Program-made: the position numbers and the translations under genes
Notes under the pieces: model-generated
The model's input: the letters and a program-made list of their open reading frames with translations, nothing else
Told to the model about the DNA's origin: nothing
Database searches by the model: none
Shown here: positions 34,235-34,487 of the stretch, one piece after another
Position numbering within the stretch: position 1 is the first letter of the stretch
How the letters are laid out: every line of letters starts with the position of its first letter
From: Octopus bimaculoides
Taxonomy: Eukaryota
Length of the DNA: 34,487 nucleotides
Assembly: GCF_001194135.2 (NCBI RefSeq)
Contig: NC_068983.1
Span: forward strand, 106,541,873 to 106,576,359
Reading direction: 5' to 3'

Positions 34235-34460
34235 TCTTTTATTCTTTTACTTGTTTCAGTCAATTGACTGTAGCCATGCTGGAGCACCACCTGTAAAGGA
34301 TTTTATAGTTGAAGAAGTTGACCCCAGGACTTATTCTTTGAAAGCCTAGTACTTATTCTATAAGTCTCTTTTGCTGAACTGCAAAATTACAGGGATGTAA
34401 ACACACCGACATTGGTTGTCAAGTGATGGTGGTGAGGAAAAAACACAGACATAAATACAA
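34235..34460 (-). mobile_element. SINE family A 3' half (a degraded head also lies at about 34035-34180)
   Basis: TTCTTTTACTTGTTTCAGTC...CCATGCTGGAGCACC...GACCCCAGGACTTATTCTTTGAAAGCCTAGTACTTATTCT. Confidence 0.75.
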
Positions 34461-34487
34461 ATGCATAAATATATATATATATATATA

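Overview
AT-rich eukaryotic genomic DNA, dense in microsatellites and transposon remnants, with about 12% N in 12 assembly gaps. From memory, the repeat families resemble those of octopus (coleoid cephalopod) genomes; this is an inference, not a database result. There are no prokaryotic features and no intact, recognisable gene. Almost all long ORFs in the track are artefacts of N-gaps or simple repeats. Supported content: (1) a decayed Penelope-like retroelement (RT thumb, GIY-YIG and terminal repeat), plus solo terminal repeats carrying a minimal hammerhead-ribozyme-like motif; (2) several RTE-clade LINE 3' fragments; (3) two Tc1/mariner lineages, one DD34D mariner and two complementary defective DD37D/maT copies; (4) two tRNA-derived SINE families that share a core module, one with an internal microsatellite and the other in head-to-tail arrays of opposite orientation; (5) a Helitron 3' end, a roughly 200-bp hairpin MITE, piggyBac-like MITEs and an unclassified element embedded in (TTA)n with a 5x terminal hairpin repeat. 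A chain of short, phase-compatible minus-strand exon candidates (28538 down to 9421) may be an unidentified host gene, but this is low confidence. Repeat boundaries are approximate unless termini are quoted.
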